Shown here in pieces: positions 9,175 to 19,900 of a stretch of DNA of 32,000 nucleotides. Made by a program: the position numbers and the translations under genes. The notes below the pieces were generated by a model. The model saw only the letters and a list, made by a program, of their open reading frames with translations. It was not told the DNA's origin and made no database searches. Source of the stretch: Desulfotalea psychrophila LSv54 (GTDB lineage Bacteria; Desulfobacterota; Desulfobulbia; Desulfobulbales; Desulfocapsaceae); assembly GCF_000025945.1 (NCBI RefSeq), contig NC_006138.1, positions 1,620,001-1,652,000 on the forward strand, given 5' to 3'. The stretch's first letter is position 1, and the number at the start of each line of letters is the position of its first letter.

Positions 9175-9662
9175 AACCTTTAGCGAAAAAGAGAGAGGAA
9201 GGCTTTGTTTTGGTCCTTGGCCTGATCCTGATGTTGGTCCTTACCTTGGTCGGTACCCTGGCTACCAGAACGGCTGTTATGGAACTGCAAATTGCTGGAA
9301 ATGAACGTCAGGCAAGTCAGGAGTTCTACGTTGCAGACAGTGTTTGGCAGCTTGGTGGTCTGTGGTTAGGCAAGAGATCAACCCCCCCTGATTGGGTCAA
9401 TGTGTCTACTCCATTGAGTAATATTGTCAGAAATTATGGTGACGGTGGTGATGGTGTATCACACGAAGATTTTACTGATGCCAGTAAAGACGGTAGTTCT
9501 TTAGAGATTCCGTATTGGTATAGAATTAAAGATACTGGAAGTACTAAGGTCGCGGGATACGGTAAGGGATACAAGAGATTTCATTATGAGATAGATGCTG
9601 TAGCAGGTGGGCGAGCTCATGTTAGCACTCGAGTAAATAAGGTCTATAAGGTTGACTATTAA
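9171..9662 (+). CDS. PilX-like minor pilin component
   Basis: GTG start overlapping the PilV-like stop (GTGA). EEGFVLVLGLILMLVLTLVGTLATRTAVMELQIAGNERQASQEFYVAD. Confidence 0.85.
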   Translation: MKPLAKKREEGFVLVLGLILMLVLTLVGTLATRTAVMELQIAGNERQASQEFYVADSVWQLGGLWLGKRSTPPDWVNVSTPLSNIVRNYGDGGDGVSHEDFTDASKDGSSLEIPYWYRIKDTGSTKVAGYGKGYKRFHYEIDAVAGGRAHVSTRVNKVYKVDY

Positions 9663-9684
9663 GTAATTGTTTTTAGCGGTGGAT

Positions 9685-12600
9685 ATGGAAAATAATACAG
9701 TTAGGCTTTTCCCGTGGATGATTATTTTGCTTTTAGTTGGAATGCTATTCCATGTTGATTCGGTGGTGCAGGCCGCCTGTGTGATTGATCCCACAGGAAC
9801 TTATATTGAGGCGGAAAATTATACGGGTGAAGGTGGGCATAGTGATGATCACGATGAAAATTTTTCCTTAAAGAGTGATGGTAGTGCCCATGGTGGCCTC
9901 GCCCTGGTTGCTGGTAGTGATGATTCAACTCGAACGCCACCACGGCGGGAAATAAAAGAGTATGAGGTGGAGATCTCAACTGCTGGTACCTACTACTTCT
10001 GGATGAGAGGGGAGGGGTACAGTGGCTCAAGAGATTCTATGTTTTATACCGTTGATGATTCATCGTGGAGGGCCTGGAATTTTGCTGGACACTATTATAG
10101 GTATGTATGGACAAGGTCTATGCAGGTTGGCTCCAACGGAATCTATCTCAGTGCTGGCAGCCATACAATTAAAATAGCAATGCGAGAACATTATACCCGT
10201 ATAGATGGTTTTTTCTTAAGTACGAATCGCTATACGTCCCCAAGTTTTGCCAACATTTTGGATCCGACCAGCTGTCAGGATAGCGGGGGCACACTTCCTC
10301 CTGCCGATGGCACCTGTGGTGATGTGCCCATTTATACGCAGAATCTCTTGAGTCCTGCCATCATGGTCCAGCTTGATCTTTCCGGGAGTATGGACAGTTC
10401 AATGTTCTCGGGTTCTAAGTTTTTGAGTTCTGATTTGGCGCCCATTGTCCAGGAGATTGTTGATTTAACAGGCTGGGTATCCGGCCATAATATTGCCTTT
10501 AGGGTGAGGGGAACCGGTGACCGACAGGCCTACTCTTATAGGGGCAGTTCAGTTGGTGCTCCCGTTCTTACCATTAAATATATCCCCATTGGTGGCGTCG
10601 ATGAGGTAACTTTTACGAAAAAGATATTAGCAGATGCAGACGATAATCAGGTCTATAATGGTTCATTTGTCAATAATTATTATGGCCTATATTTTGGTGC
10701 AAAGGGTCCCGTAGGTCTTCTCTTTAAAAATATTAACATCCCTTCCGGTGCAGAAATCACCAGTGCCGAGATCCTCTTTACGTACAGAGGTTCCGACGAT
10801 ATAAGTCGAGTTGCCACCCTCGATATTGAAGGCTTTAAAGAGCCAAATGTATCATCGATTACAGAGACGATGCTTGAATCTGATACTGGCCTTACCCTGG
10901 CAAATGCATCCCTGAATTATACCCGGCTTGATTATGCCGTTGCCGTTTTGGCAGAGGTCTTTAAGGATGACGCAATTGCCTGGGGCTTTGCAACCTGGGC
11001 AGGTGGTAATGGGAGCTCTTCTGATACTGGTAGTCCCGACTACTACAGCAAATATAAGGTGGGGGTAAAGGCACATTCAGAGGTGCATCAGGGACATTTA
11101 GAGACGGCATTGGCCAGTACAGATGCCTATGGATGGACTCCGCTCACTCCAAGCATGAATGCTGCTATGATTACTTTACAGCAAGGCGCTTAGATGAGAC
11201 CTACAGTTTGAAATATGCTCAGGTGTCCTGTCAGGCGAAGGTTCTTGTTATTGTTACCGATGGCATAGGTAATACAGGTACTACGACTACTAATGCAGGG
11301 ACTGCTACTGATAGATTGATAAATGCAGGTGTTTCTGTTGTTGCCCTTGGCTTTGGTTTAGATAATGCGACGCAACTTGATAAAATAGCGGAAATAGCTC
11401 AACGCGCCGGGAAAATTTCAGATACAGATAAGCTCTATGCCCTCCATGATGATGCGGGCGGGAAGGGCGTACCATTTCTGGCCGATTCCCCCGATGAATT
11501 TTTAGCAGCGATGAAATCCATTATCAGCAGTGTCAAATTGCAGTTGTATAATGGTGTCTCTCCGGCCCCAACCACCTCGGTTAAAGATGAACAAATTTTA
11601 GTGACTGCCACATTTAACCCAGCAAAGTGGACGGGAGATGTTGTGGCCAATAAATTTGACGGAGAAACGGGGAAGCTGGGAGAGATATTGTGGAGGGCAA
11701 GTGATGTTTATGCCTCTGCGGGGAGCCCGGATTTCGCTGATTGCTTTGTTTATGAGAAGGCGACAACCAGTGTGGTGAATTATGGTACTACAACTCTGGA
11801 TAAAGATAATTATCTCTGCAAAAATTTGGGAGATATTATTAATTCAACACCCAAGATTGTAGGAGCTCCTCCCTATTATTATGATTTTGATGACTATGAA
11901 GATTTTAACCGCAATACATCCGTTACTGGCCGAGATACCCTTGTTTATGTGAATTCAAATGACGGAGCCCTGCACTCTTTTTTACTTGCTCCGGGAACGA
12001 GCCGTGCCAGTACAGATACAACGCCTCTGGGGAAAGAGCTATGGCGATTTTATCCAGATAGTGTAAGGGAAAAACTTAATACAGATATGTGTTCTGCTGC
12101 ATACTGTCATGAGTATATCAATGATGGCCCTCCCCGAGTTGGAGATATTTATAAGGCAGATTTGTCAGGCAGTAAATGGCGGACTGTGCTGGCGGCTGGT
12201 ATTGGCAGAGGTGGCGCTGGCTTCTATTCTTTAGATGTTACATATGGAAAAGGTCTCGGTGGAGGAGTAAATGATACCTCTTTCCTGTGGGAGTTTACCA
12301 GTGTCGATGATAGTGAACTGGGGTTGGCTACAGCTTTGCCTGAGATTGAGAGAGTTGCTGATGATGCAGTTGCTAACAAAGCTTCGTGGCTGACATTTTT
12401 TGGCTCCGGCCGAGCTGTTAAGGCAGATGAACAGGCCAGTAAGCAGGCGTATCTGTTTGCTGTTAATTCGTGGACAGGGGCTTCTGTGTGGGGCGGCGAT
12501 AATAATACGAATAAGATCAAAATTGGTACAGCAGACCCGGCTGATGATAGTCAGTTGCTTAAAAACGATATTCCCTCTTCTCCTTTGGTTGTTGATGTCG

Positions 12601-13382
12601 ATGATGATAACAAGGCTGACAGGGTATATTTGGGTAATTTATACGGTGAAATTTTTAGAATTGCAGATATTTCAGTTGGCGATTCTCCACGGGTAAGCCG
12701 CCTTTTTGAATCTGGTCATACAGATCGATTGTCACCTATTATTACAAAACCTGCCTTCGCCTTTGATTCTGATACAGGCAGCAGCCTGTGGGTGTATGCT
12801 GGTACTGGAAAGTACGAAGATCAAGCAGATAAGGTGTCTTCAGACCAACAGTATATGCTTGGTCTTCTGGATGAGGGCGCTTCTCTGAGAAAGATGAGTG
12901 AAATAACAACCTGTGATGCGGGATTTGTTACAGCTGCAGATAGTAGTGCTGAGTATAGAACAGTAGGAAATTGTGTAACTGGTGCAGGTGGTGCAGGTTC
13001 ATGGGCCTTGAAGCTTATGAATTCTGAGAGCAGTGCAAGTGAGCGTTCCTTGTCACAGCCTTTGGTGGTCGGCGGTGTTGTCTTTTTTACTACCTTTGTC
13101 CCTGATGCAGATGTCTGTGGGGGAAGCGGTGATGCATATTTATTTGCCCTTGATTGGAAGACAGGAGCTGCCCCAACGGAGCATATATTTGTAGATTTTC
13201 CACAAACTGTTGGCAGCAGTGCAGTCGCTGGTTTGTATCTTGGTAAAGGTGTTCCTTTTCAGCCTGTGCTGCATGGGGATGTGCTTTTTGCAGGAACTAC
13301 AGAGCAACCACCCACTCCTTATAAGGTTAATTTGAAAAAGTCAAAAATAGAGCTGAAGTCTTGGAGACAGGACTTTAATTAG
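9685..13382 (+). CDS. pilY1: PilY1-like pilus tip adhesin A; reading frame interrupted (ORFs 9667..11193 and 11133..13382), with N-terminal CBM/malectin-like domain, interrupted VWA and C-terminal PilY1 beta-propeller
   Basis: Signal peptide; IMVQLDLSGSMDSS MIDAS motif; the VWA continues across the frame switch (LDETYSLKYAQVSCQAKVLVIVTDG). The C-terminal half has GDIYKADLSGSKWRTVLAAGIGRGGAGFYSLDVTYG and VDVDDDNKADRVYLGNLYGEIFRI. Confidence 0.85.
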
Positions 13383-13427
13383 AATAAAAACTATTGGTTA
13401 ACCAGTTGTCTACAGGGTAGGTGTAGT

Positions 13428-13889
13428 ATGAAAATGCTAAGGGTATTGTTTTTAGGGTTTGTTTGTTATTCTTTTACCTTACAAACTGGATTTGCTCAAA
13501 ATACAAAGCAGGAGATGGTCGATCTTCTTGTCGATAGCTCCGGAGGAGAACAAAGGGAAATGGTTGGCTTGGTATCTGAGTATACCCCCGGAGGTTCGCT
13601 TATATTGGTGGCAGATCAGCTTCTCAGTGTGCCCTCTGTAATATTTCGTAAAAATTTGGCAGGACAGTATTTAGAGGAGCCAATAAAAAATCTTGCTGTT
13701 GGCCAAGGTGTGCAGGCTATTGTCAGTAAAAAAGTTACTGAAGGTGTTCAGGAAACTGTTGTGCTGGCAATAGTTGAAGATATTGCTCAATCGGAAGGGC
13801 CTGCAGAACCTGCTGATGTTCTTGATAACAAAAAGGGGAAGCGTGTAGAAAGGCTCAGGTTGGAAAATGGTGTTTGGCTGAATGAGTAG
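13428..13889 (+). CDS. Small putative secreted protein of unknown function, last gene of PilY1-A operon
   Basis: 153 aa with N-terminal signal peptide (MKMLRVLFLGFVCYSFTLQTGFAQ). Closely follows pilY1. Confidence 0.65.
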   Translation: MKMLRVLFLGFVCYSFTLQTGFAQNTKQEMVDLLVDSSGGEQREMVGLVSEYTPGGSLILVADQLLSVPSVIFRKNLAGQYLEEPIKNLAVGQGVQAIVSKKVTEGVQETVVLAIVEDIAQSEGPAEPADVLDNKKGKRVERLRLENGVWLNE

Positions 13890-13919
13890 AGGAGATGGAA
13901 AGAATTTCTCCTATTTTTT
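13890..13919 (+). terminator. Rho-independent terminator of plus-strand minor-pilin operon
   Basis: AGGAGA-N11-TCTCCT stem followed by ATTTTTT, immediately after the stop codon. Confidence 0.6.
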
Positions 13920-14064
13920 AGCTCCCCGTACAGTACGCTTGTCTGGTTTTTTTTTGTGCTTTTGTTGAGGCAATAGGGTCGCGTGATTTGCCAAGGGGAA
14001 AGCCATGTATCCCTATCGCCTGAGATGGATAATTATCTGAATCCCTGCTGGCATGGCCGTTAGG

Positions 14065-14523
14065 CTATTTACAGTCTACCCCCCGGCTGGGGGTGCTGCT
14101 CTTGCAGCCTGTACCGGTGAGGGACCACTCTGTGTAGCCCTTGCTGGTGGTCGGGGTATAGATGAAGTTTAGTTGAGTGCCGGCTGTGTCGGTGACGGTG
14201 GTGGTGATTGAGATAACGCCCTTAACTGTTGCGAGTTTATCCACATACGAGACCGTTGCCCCATCATCCCCTGTGGCAATATCTGCCGGAATAAGGGGGA
14301 CTGTGGCATTGTCGCAGTTGGTTGGCGCTCCCCTGTCCTGGATACACTGTTCAACGGCAACCTGCCAGGATGTGATATTGGATAAAACCCCGCCCAACTT
14401 GCTTCTTGCCACATAGTTAGTGTACTGAGGGACGGCAACGGCCGCAAGGATACCGACGATCGCTATAACGATCATAAGCTCAATAAGGGTAAATCCCCTC
14501 TCTGCTTTAAGAGAACTTTGCAT
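14065..14523 (-). CDS. Type IV pilin, third copy (PilA/PilE-like)
   Basis: [43 protein letters not shown], four downstream cysteines. Confidence 0.9.
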   Translation of the reverse strand: MQSSLKAERGFTLIELMIVIAIVGILAAVAVPQYTNYVARSKLGGVLSNITSWQVAVEQCIQDRGAPTNCDNATVPLIPADIATGDDGATVSYVDKLATVKGVISITTTVTDTAGTQLNFIYTPTTSKGYTEWSLTGTGCKSSTPSRGVDCK

Positions 14524-14560
14524 GGACTTCTCCTGAGTGAAATTTTTTGTCCTTTAGGTA

Positions 14561-15112
14561 TTATTCGACCCAACCGTCCGGAATGAATTCTGTTTTATAA
14601 ATTATATCAATAATGGCCTGCTCGGGAGCCTTGGTTGAGAGTGATTGTTCATTTTCTGCGTAGACAGTAATTGCCTGCAGGCTGGTGACTTTTTCTAGCT
14701 GGGTGCCTGCCTGGGGGCCGGTATCAGGAATTTGGAACGCTGAAAGATTATTTGCGCCTCTATAGTAGGCATAAAGGCTTGTGCAATCGGCCTTTCCCAG
14801 GGCGGTGCAGAGGCCTAGGGGGATGTCTATTTTGGATGCCGTCGGGGTGCTGGGGCTTGTTGAACAGGTCATTCCCCCATTGCAGGTGAGGCTGTCGTCG
14901 CCCATTTTGGCCATCAAAAAATTGCCGGTTCCCCGGGCTATTTGCAGCTCTTGGTTATAGGAGTTCATCTGGTGGGTGCTTACCGTGGAACTTTTTATTA
15001 TGTGCCACATCACCGCCACCAGCATAATCCCGATTAGCCCCAGGGAAAGGGCTGTCACAAGTACCGTGCCTCTTTGGTTATTGACTGTTTTCATATTAAA
15101 ACCCTTTGGCAA
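14561..15112 (-). CDS. PilX-like protein
   Basis: NNQRGTVLVTALSLGLIGIMLVAVMWHIIKSSTVSTHQMNSYNQELQIARG. The true start may be internal (MKTVNNQRG). Confidence 0.65.
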   Translation of the reverse strand: MPKGFNMKTVNNQRGTVLVTALSLGLIGIMLVAVMWHIIKSSTVSTHQMNSYNQELQIARGTGNFLMAKMGDDSLTCNGGMTCSTSPSTPTASKIDIPLGLCTALGKADCTSLYAYYRGANNLSAFQIPDTGPQAGTQLEKVTSLQAITVYAENEQSLSTKAPEQAIIDIIYKTEFIPDGWVE

Positions 15113-16082
15113 AGGCCGTTATCTTTAAGACCTTCCACTGGTATCTCTTGAACTCCTCTATCTCGTCGCCAGTGGTAAAAAGTGTCTGGAACTGGACGGC
15201 CTCTCCATCAATGCTAAAGCTTATCTTGCCGTCGCCTAGACTGGGGCTTGGCCCACCATAGGTGTAGGTCTCGTCTTTTTTGCCAATTTGGGCCAGGATA
15301 TAGACGGTGCTGGTCTTGAGCTTATTGCGAACTGTGAGGGTGGAGCCTGTCTCGGCAGCCGGGATATCAGTAGTCTTGCTGGGATCAAGGTTTGTTTCGT
15401 CCGCCTCAACTGTTCCGTCGTCGTCTTTATCCCAGTCAACGCGGATGGCGAAATCGGCAATGCAGGTGAAGAGAGGAGTATCGTTTCGCAGTATGTTTCT
15501 GGTATTTGCCGCACAGGAGTCTATGGGTTGGCTGGCGCTGAGCCTATACTCTGTCTGGGTGCAGGGCTGGTTGCTACTGCTGCCGCAGCTGGTGGCCCCG
15601 TTTGCATAGGGATAGACGATATATATGTTATTGCCACTGCAGCCTGTGGTGGTAATATCCTCGTTGTAGATAGAGTCTTTGTCGATAAGGATGGAGTTTT
15701 GAGAATCATTGTCTCGCTGTTCAATATCAAGGGAGAAGCTACCACTCGAACAGGAACCTGTTGCCCAACCCATGGTTGCGCTATTGGTGTTACTGAGGGT
15801 GGAGTGAATCAAAAGGCTACTGCCATCCCAGAAAACAGGGGGAATGTCATTTATGGTGGCTGTTGAGTCTATGTAGGTGGCAATGCCTGTGCCTGCATGT
15901 TCCAAATCCAGACGTAAGAGCTCATTGGCAGAGAGATTGTCTCCTCTTGTCTGGCTGGCGGCCGTGCTACTCTTGACATTATGCGATATCCGTTGAAAAC
16001 TCTTGGTGGTGAAGAGGAGGAGGAGGAGCATGATGGTCATGGCCACGAGGAACTCAATCAGGGTAAAGCCGTCTCTTTTCAT
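15096..16082 (-). CDS. PilW-like minor pilin
   Basis: [35 protein letters not shown]; 328 aa. ATGA-type overlap with the upstream gene. Confidence 0.8.
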   Translation of the reverse strand: MKRDGFTLIEFLVAMTIMLLLLLFTTKSFQRISHNVKSSTAASQTRGDNLSANELLRLDLEHAGTGIATYIDSTATINDIPPVFWDGSSLLIHSTLSNTNSATMGWATGSCSSGSFSLDIEQRDNDSQNSILIDKDSIYNEDITTTGCSGNNIYIVYPYANGATSCGSSSNQPCTQTEYRLSASQPIDSCAANTRNILRNDTPLFTCIADFAIRVDWDKDDDGTVEADETNLDPSKTTDIPAAETGSTLTVRNKLKTSTVYILAQIGKKDETYTYGGPSPSLGDGKISFSIDGEAVQFQTLFTTGDEIEEFKRYQWKVLKITAFAKGF

Positions 16083-16492
16083 ATGTCAGCCCGTATGGTT
16101 GTGGTTGTGTAGGACTCCTCGGGGCCATCATCTAGCACCTTCCATTTAACGGTAATGTTTACCAGTTTACCATAGGTGCCAATACCTGCCGGCTCCGATA
16201 CCGCCTGGTCTACGTTGAATGTTTTTTGACTGTCGCCAAAGAAACGGGCCAGGCTGGTGTTGGTTGTGCCGAGATTAAGGGCGGCAAAGGCCGTGTTGCT
16301 GATATTGGCAACCTGCAGTTGGGCAATCTGCTTGGCCTCGTTTTGATACTGTTGGCGTGCAGAATGTTGAAAGGTACGAATAAGCCCTGTAAGTGTGCCA
16401 AGCGACATTATGAGGAGGAGGAGAAGGGCCACCATTACCTCAACGAGGGTAAAACCCCTCTCTCTATTCTGCTGTGCAGGATGTTCCATCAT
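16079..16492 (-). CDS. PilV-like minor pilin
   Basis: RERGFTLVEVMVALLLLLIMSLGTLTGLIRT. Confidence 0.8.
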   Translation of the reverse strand: MMEHPAQQNRERGFTLVEVMVALLLLLIMSLGTLTGLIRTFQHSARQQYQNEAKQIAQLQVANISNTAFAALNLGTTNTSLARFFGDSQKTFNVDQAVSEPAGIGTYGKLVNITVKWKVLDDGPEESYTTTTIRADI

Positions 16493-16985
16493 ACTTTCCC
16501 TGACGAACGCGAATGTTATTTATTGTTATGCAGTCACCAGTGGCTGCGGGGTTGGACAGTGCTGTTTCCCTATTGTCTGCCAGCAGGCGGATATGACCAT
16601 TAGCGAGGTTTCCTCGACTGGTAATTGAAAAGCTGTCGCTACCGTAGTTGCTGGCGTAGATATAGTTAAGTACCACCTCTTTTTGGGTATCCGTGCCAGT
16701 GCCTGCATCATCCCACCGGGAGACAATGGTTGTATGCTTGTCGCCGCTAGTCCCCTCTTTTAGAAGAGAGACTGTCACCTCCTGTTTGTGGGTAAAGGCC
16801 CAAACCCGGCCGGCCTTAATGAATCTCGTTATTTTGCTAAGATCGTTTTCTATATTCTTGGCCTGGGTCATCTTTTGGTAACTGGCAAGGGAGAAGGTTG
16901 CCATTATGCCCACCAGGACAATGACTATCATCAGTTCCAGCAGGGTAAAACCCCTCTCCCTGTTTCTGCTTAGCGTTCTTGCCAT
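16464..16985 (-). CDS. GspH/FimT-family pseudopilin
   Basis: RERGFTLLELMIVIVLVGIMATFSLASYQKMTQAKNIENDLSKITRFI. Confidence 0.8.
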   Translation of the reverse strand: MARTLSRNRERGFTLLELMIVIVLVGIMATFSLASYQKMTQAKNIENDLSKITRFIKAGRVWAFTHKQEVTVSLLKEGTSGDKHTTIVSRWDDAGTGTDTQKEVVLNYIYASNYGSDSFSITSRGNLANGHIRLLADNRETALSNPAATGDCITINNIRVRQGKYDGTSCTAE

Positions 16986-19900
16986 AAGAGGGGCTCTCCT
17001 TTGGGTGTAATCCCATTACCAGGTAAGATAAAGGGGGAATTTTCTGGTGGCGTACCCATTATCCAAGAAGTTGCCCTATTGCCATCCTGGTCGAAACTAT
17101 CCTGATTGAGTAGGTTGAGGTCGCCGGCATTCAGGGGCAGAATTATGTGGAAGATTTCCGCTGGAAGATTATAGGCCTGACCTTCTGTGTTCTCCTCGCA
17201 ACCGGTGCTGATGCTATCTCCTGTCATGCAGTTCAGGGCCCACATTCTGGTCCGTCCACCAAAGGAGCATATATCATCTGTCGGTTGGGTGGTGGTGAAA
17301 AAGGTGATATTTAAATTGCTTACTGTGGGGTCGGTGAGAACACGTTCCTTCATGTAGATGGTGTCAGGGTCGTCTGCATCGGCGCCATATTCTGCCAGAC
17401 CCTTATCCAGCCTCCATGCATAGTTGCTGTTGCGTTTGGCATCGGAGACATCACAGGTCCCACTGGTGTTGTGGATTGAGTTGATGCCGACACTTTTTAG
17501 GCAATCCTCACCCTTAGCTAGATTATCCCTACACTCTTGGAGGTTAACGCCATAGAGGTTATTGGTCTTGCCATCTGGGTCGTCCTTCTTGAAAAACCAT
17601 TTGCCCGTACCGAAATAGACAAAGGGGTCATCAAAGCAGGTGCCGAAGGCAACTGCGCTGGTAACCGGTTGGCTGGAGTTGAGGATGTTCTTTTCCGTCC
17701 ATTTTTTTACTGCCTGATCGGTGGGGGCAATAGCCCGGAGCTGGCCTTGTGCACCATTTTTTTCATTGACCCCATAAAGGATAAGGTCGGTGTAGCCATC
17801 ACTGTCGATATCCATGCCGTTGTTGTAAAGCCTGCCGCCGAAAGAATTTTTTTGCACGTTTTTGGGTGCTATTGTATTAACCGCGGTTTTTTTGAAATCA
17901 TCATCAAGGGTGAGGATGAAGACCTTTAAATTCTGCTGTACTTGGCCCTGGTAGTCTGTGGGGCCGGAGACAAAGACTACGTATTTTTGTTTGAGGCTGT
18001 TGCCAGCTTTTTGTTTTCTGCTGATAACAGCGGGGCCGGAGTAGGCAAAACCAAGATCTGGATCGGTGAATTCCCAGAGGAATTTGGGGGCATAGGGATC
18101 GGTGATATTAAGAGCAAAGTATGAGGACAGGCCTTTGCCGGCAGTTTCAGGCGAGATAGCCTTATCACCTGTAGAGCCCGTTGCCCCGCCAAAACGCATT
18201 CCCATGATAAGAATTGTCTTGTCCCCGTGCTGGACGAAGTAGGGTGCGCCGTCAATCGCATAGAGATGCTGATAGTCCGGGTCGGCAAGGTATTTCAGAT
18301 AGGGCATGCTGTTTTTGGGGATGAAAGACCAGACCTCTTTACCTACGAGGTTGTTGCCGTCGTCGCCTTTTTTATTAATAAGCGTAGCCACTTGATCACC
18401 GCTAAGGCCCCCCCTCTCTATCTTGCCCCCGTTAAAGACATGGAGCATACCGTCGTTGGCCCCGGTGAAGATCAGGGAGTTGTCCCCGTAGTTAAGAACC
18501 TTGGGGGTTGAATGGATAATATCGCCCAGCTTCCATCTGTTTTTTCCACCGGTGGTGTCAGCGTCTGTTGCCCTGGATCTGCACTCTCCTCCGCCATTGG
18601 TAGTGAAATCATCTCCTGCCCCACGGGTATAGGAGATAGTGTTTACCGCCCTCTCTGCAGCTGTTCCACCAAGGCAGGGATCAAAGCCGCTGCCTCCAAA
18701 AAGAGAGTCGAAGCTGTTGACATTATCTGTGGTGAACTCTTGTATACTGTCCGTTTCATCTACTCCCCATATGACCCGTCTCGCTGTGTCAAGACCTGGG
18801 GCTGGATCAGCGATGAGGTCAGGGGCAGACTCAACCTCTCGATCGTTTAACATTTGTCCGCCATCCCATATCTTGGCAATATCTCCGATTTTGGCATGAT
18901 CGCCTAAGCGGGCTCCCTTACTTCCATCGGCCTCTACCGCATAGTAGGGGATGGAGAGTCCCCCTGTATTGGGATTTGGCACAATTTCAATAATATGGTC
19001 TGTAAATTTATTGCGAAAAAACCTGTCCACATTGTCTTCCTGCATATAGGCAATATCGTTTTGGCTGGAGTACCAGTAGGTATGGAGTATACCTGTCCAG
19101 TTTACTTGGTACTTCTTGTTATCTTGGAACTCTTTAGTGGGGAAAAAGAGGCTCTGGTTGAGGGTACCCCCTGTAGATTTATTTCCTGAGAGAATAGATA
19201 CGCCTGTGCCCGATGCGGTCTTGTCGAGGATGCTGTTGATGGTTCCCTTCAGAACATCTTTGAGCTGTTGCCCATCCTCTGCTAGAGAATAGGTCCCTTG
19301 GCCATGGGCGGCGGTATCCTGGAGGAGTCTCTCTTCGGCGGAGTTTGCAGAAATTCCGAAGCCCACGGTATAGGTGGTAAGATACTGCTCTCCCTTAAGA
19401 TCATCGCGGAGATCCCGACTGTTAGAGAGTGCTTCAGTCAGGGCCTGCCCCTTTCTGTTAAGGTTGGCCCAGAGGGCCAGATCATCGAGGTTATTTTTGT
19501 AACTATTATCGGTGTTCCTCGTATTAATGCCCTCGCCTGTTACGATGTTCCCATCGTAGTCGTTTGTGTAGTTGCTTCCGTCACTATATGCTGAAGCCGC
19601 CTGGGAGGCGCTTGATTCGTTAAATTCCTCGTCATTAAAAGGTGGCACGTAGCTATCGGTATATGAACCCCCATCGGTGAAGATAATAACAGATGAGTTA
19701 GCGCAACGTATCATGGCGTCCAGTTCTTTGAAATAGTAGGGGTCCCAGGCTTTTTCTGTTAAAAAGCTTGCCACGTCTCCTGCGCTGTTGACGCTGGAGT
19801 TGTAATAGGGGCCTTTTTGCTGGAAATAACGAATGACCTCATAGAAATTTTCAGCAAGGGGGGTTGTTCCCCAGATCAGTGGATAGTGTTCGACTGCATC

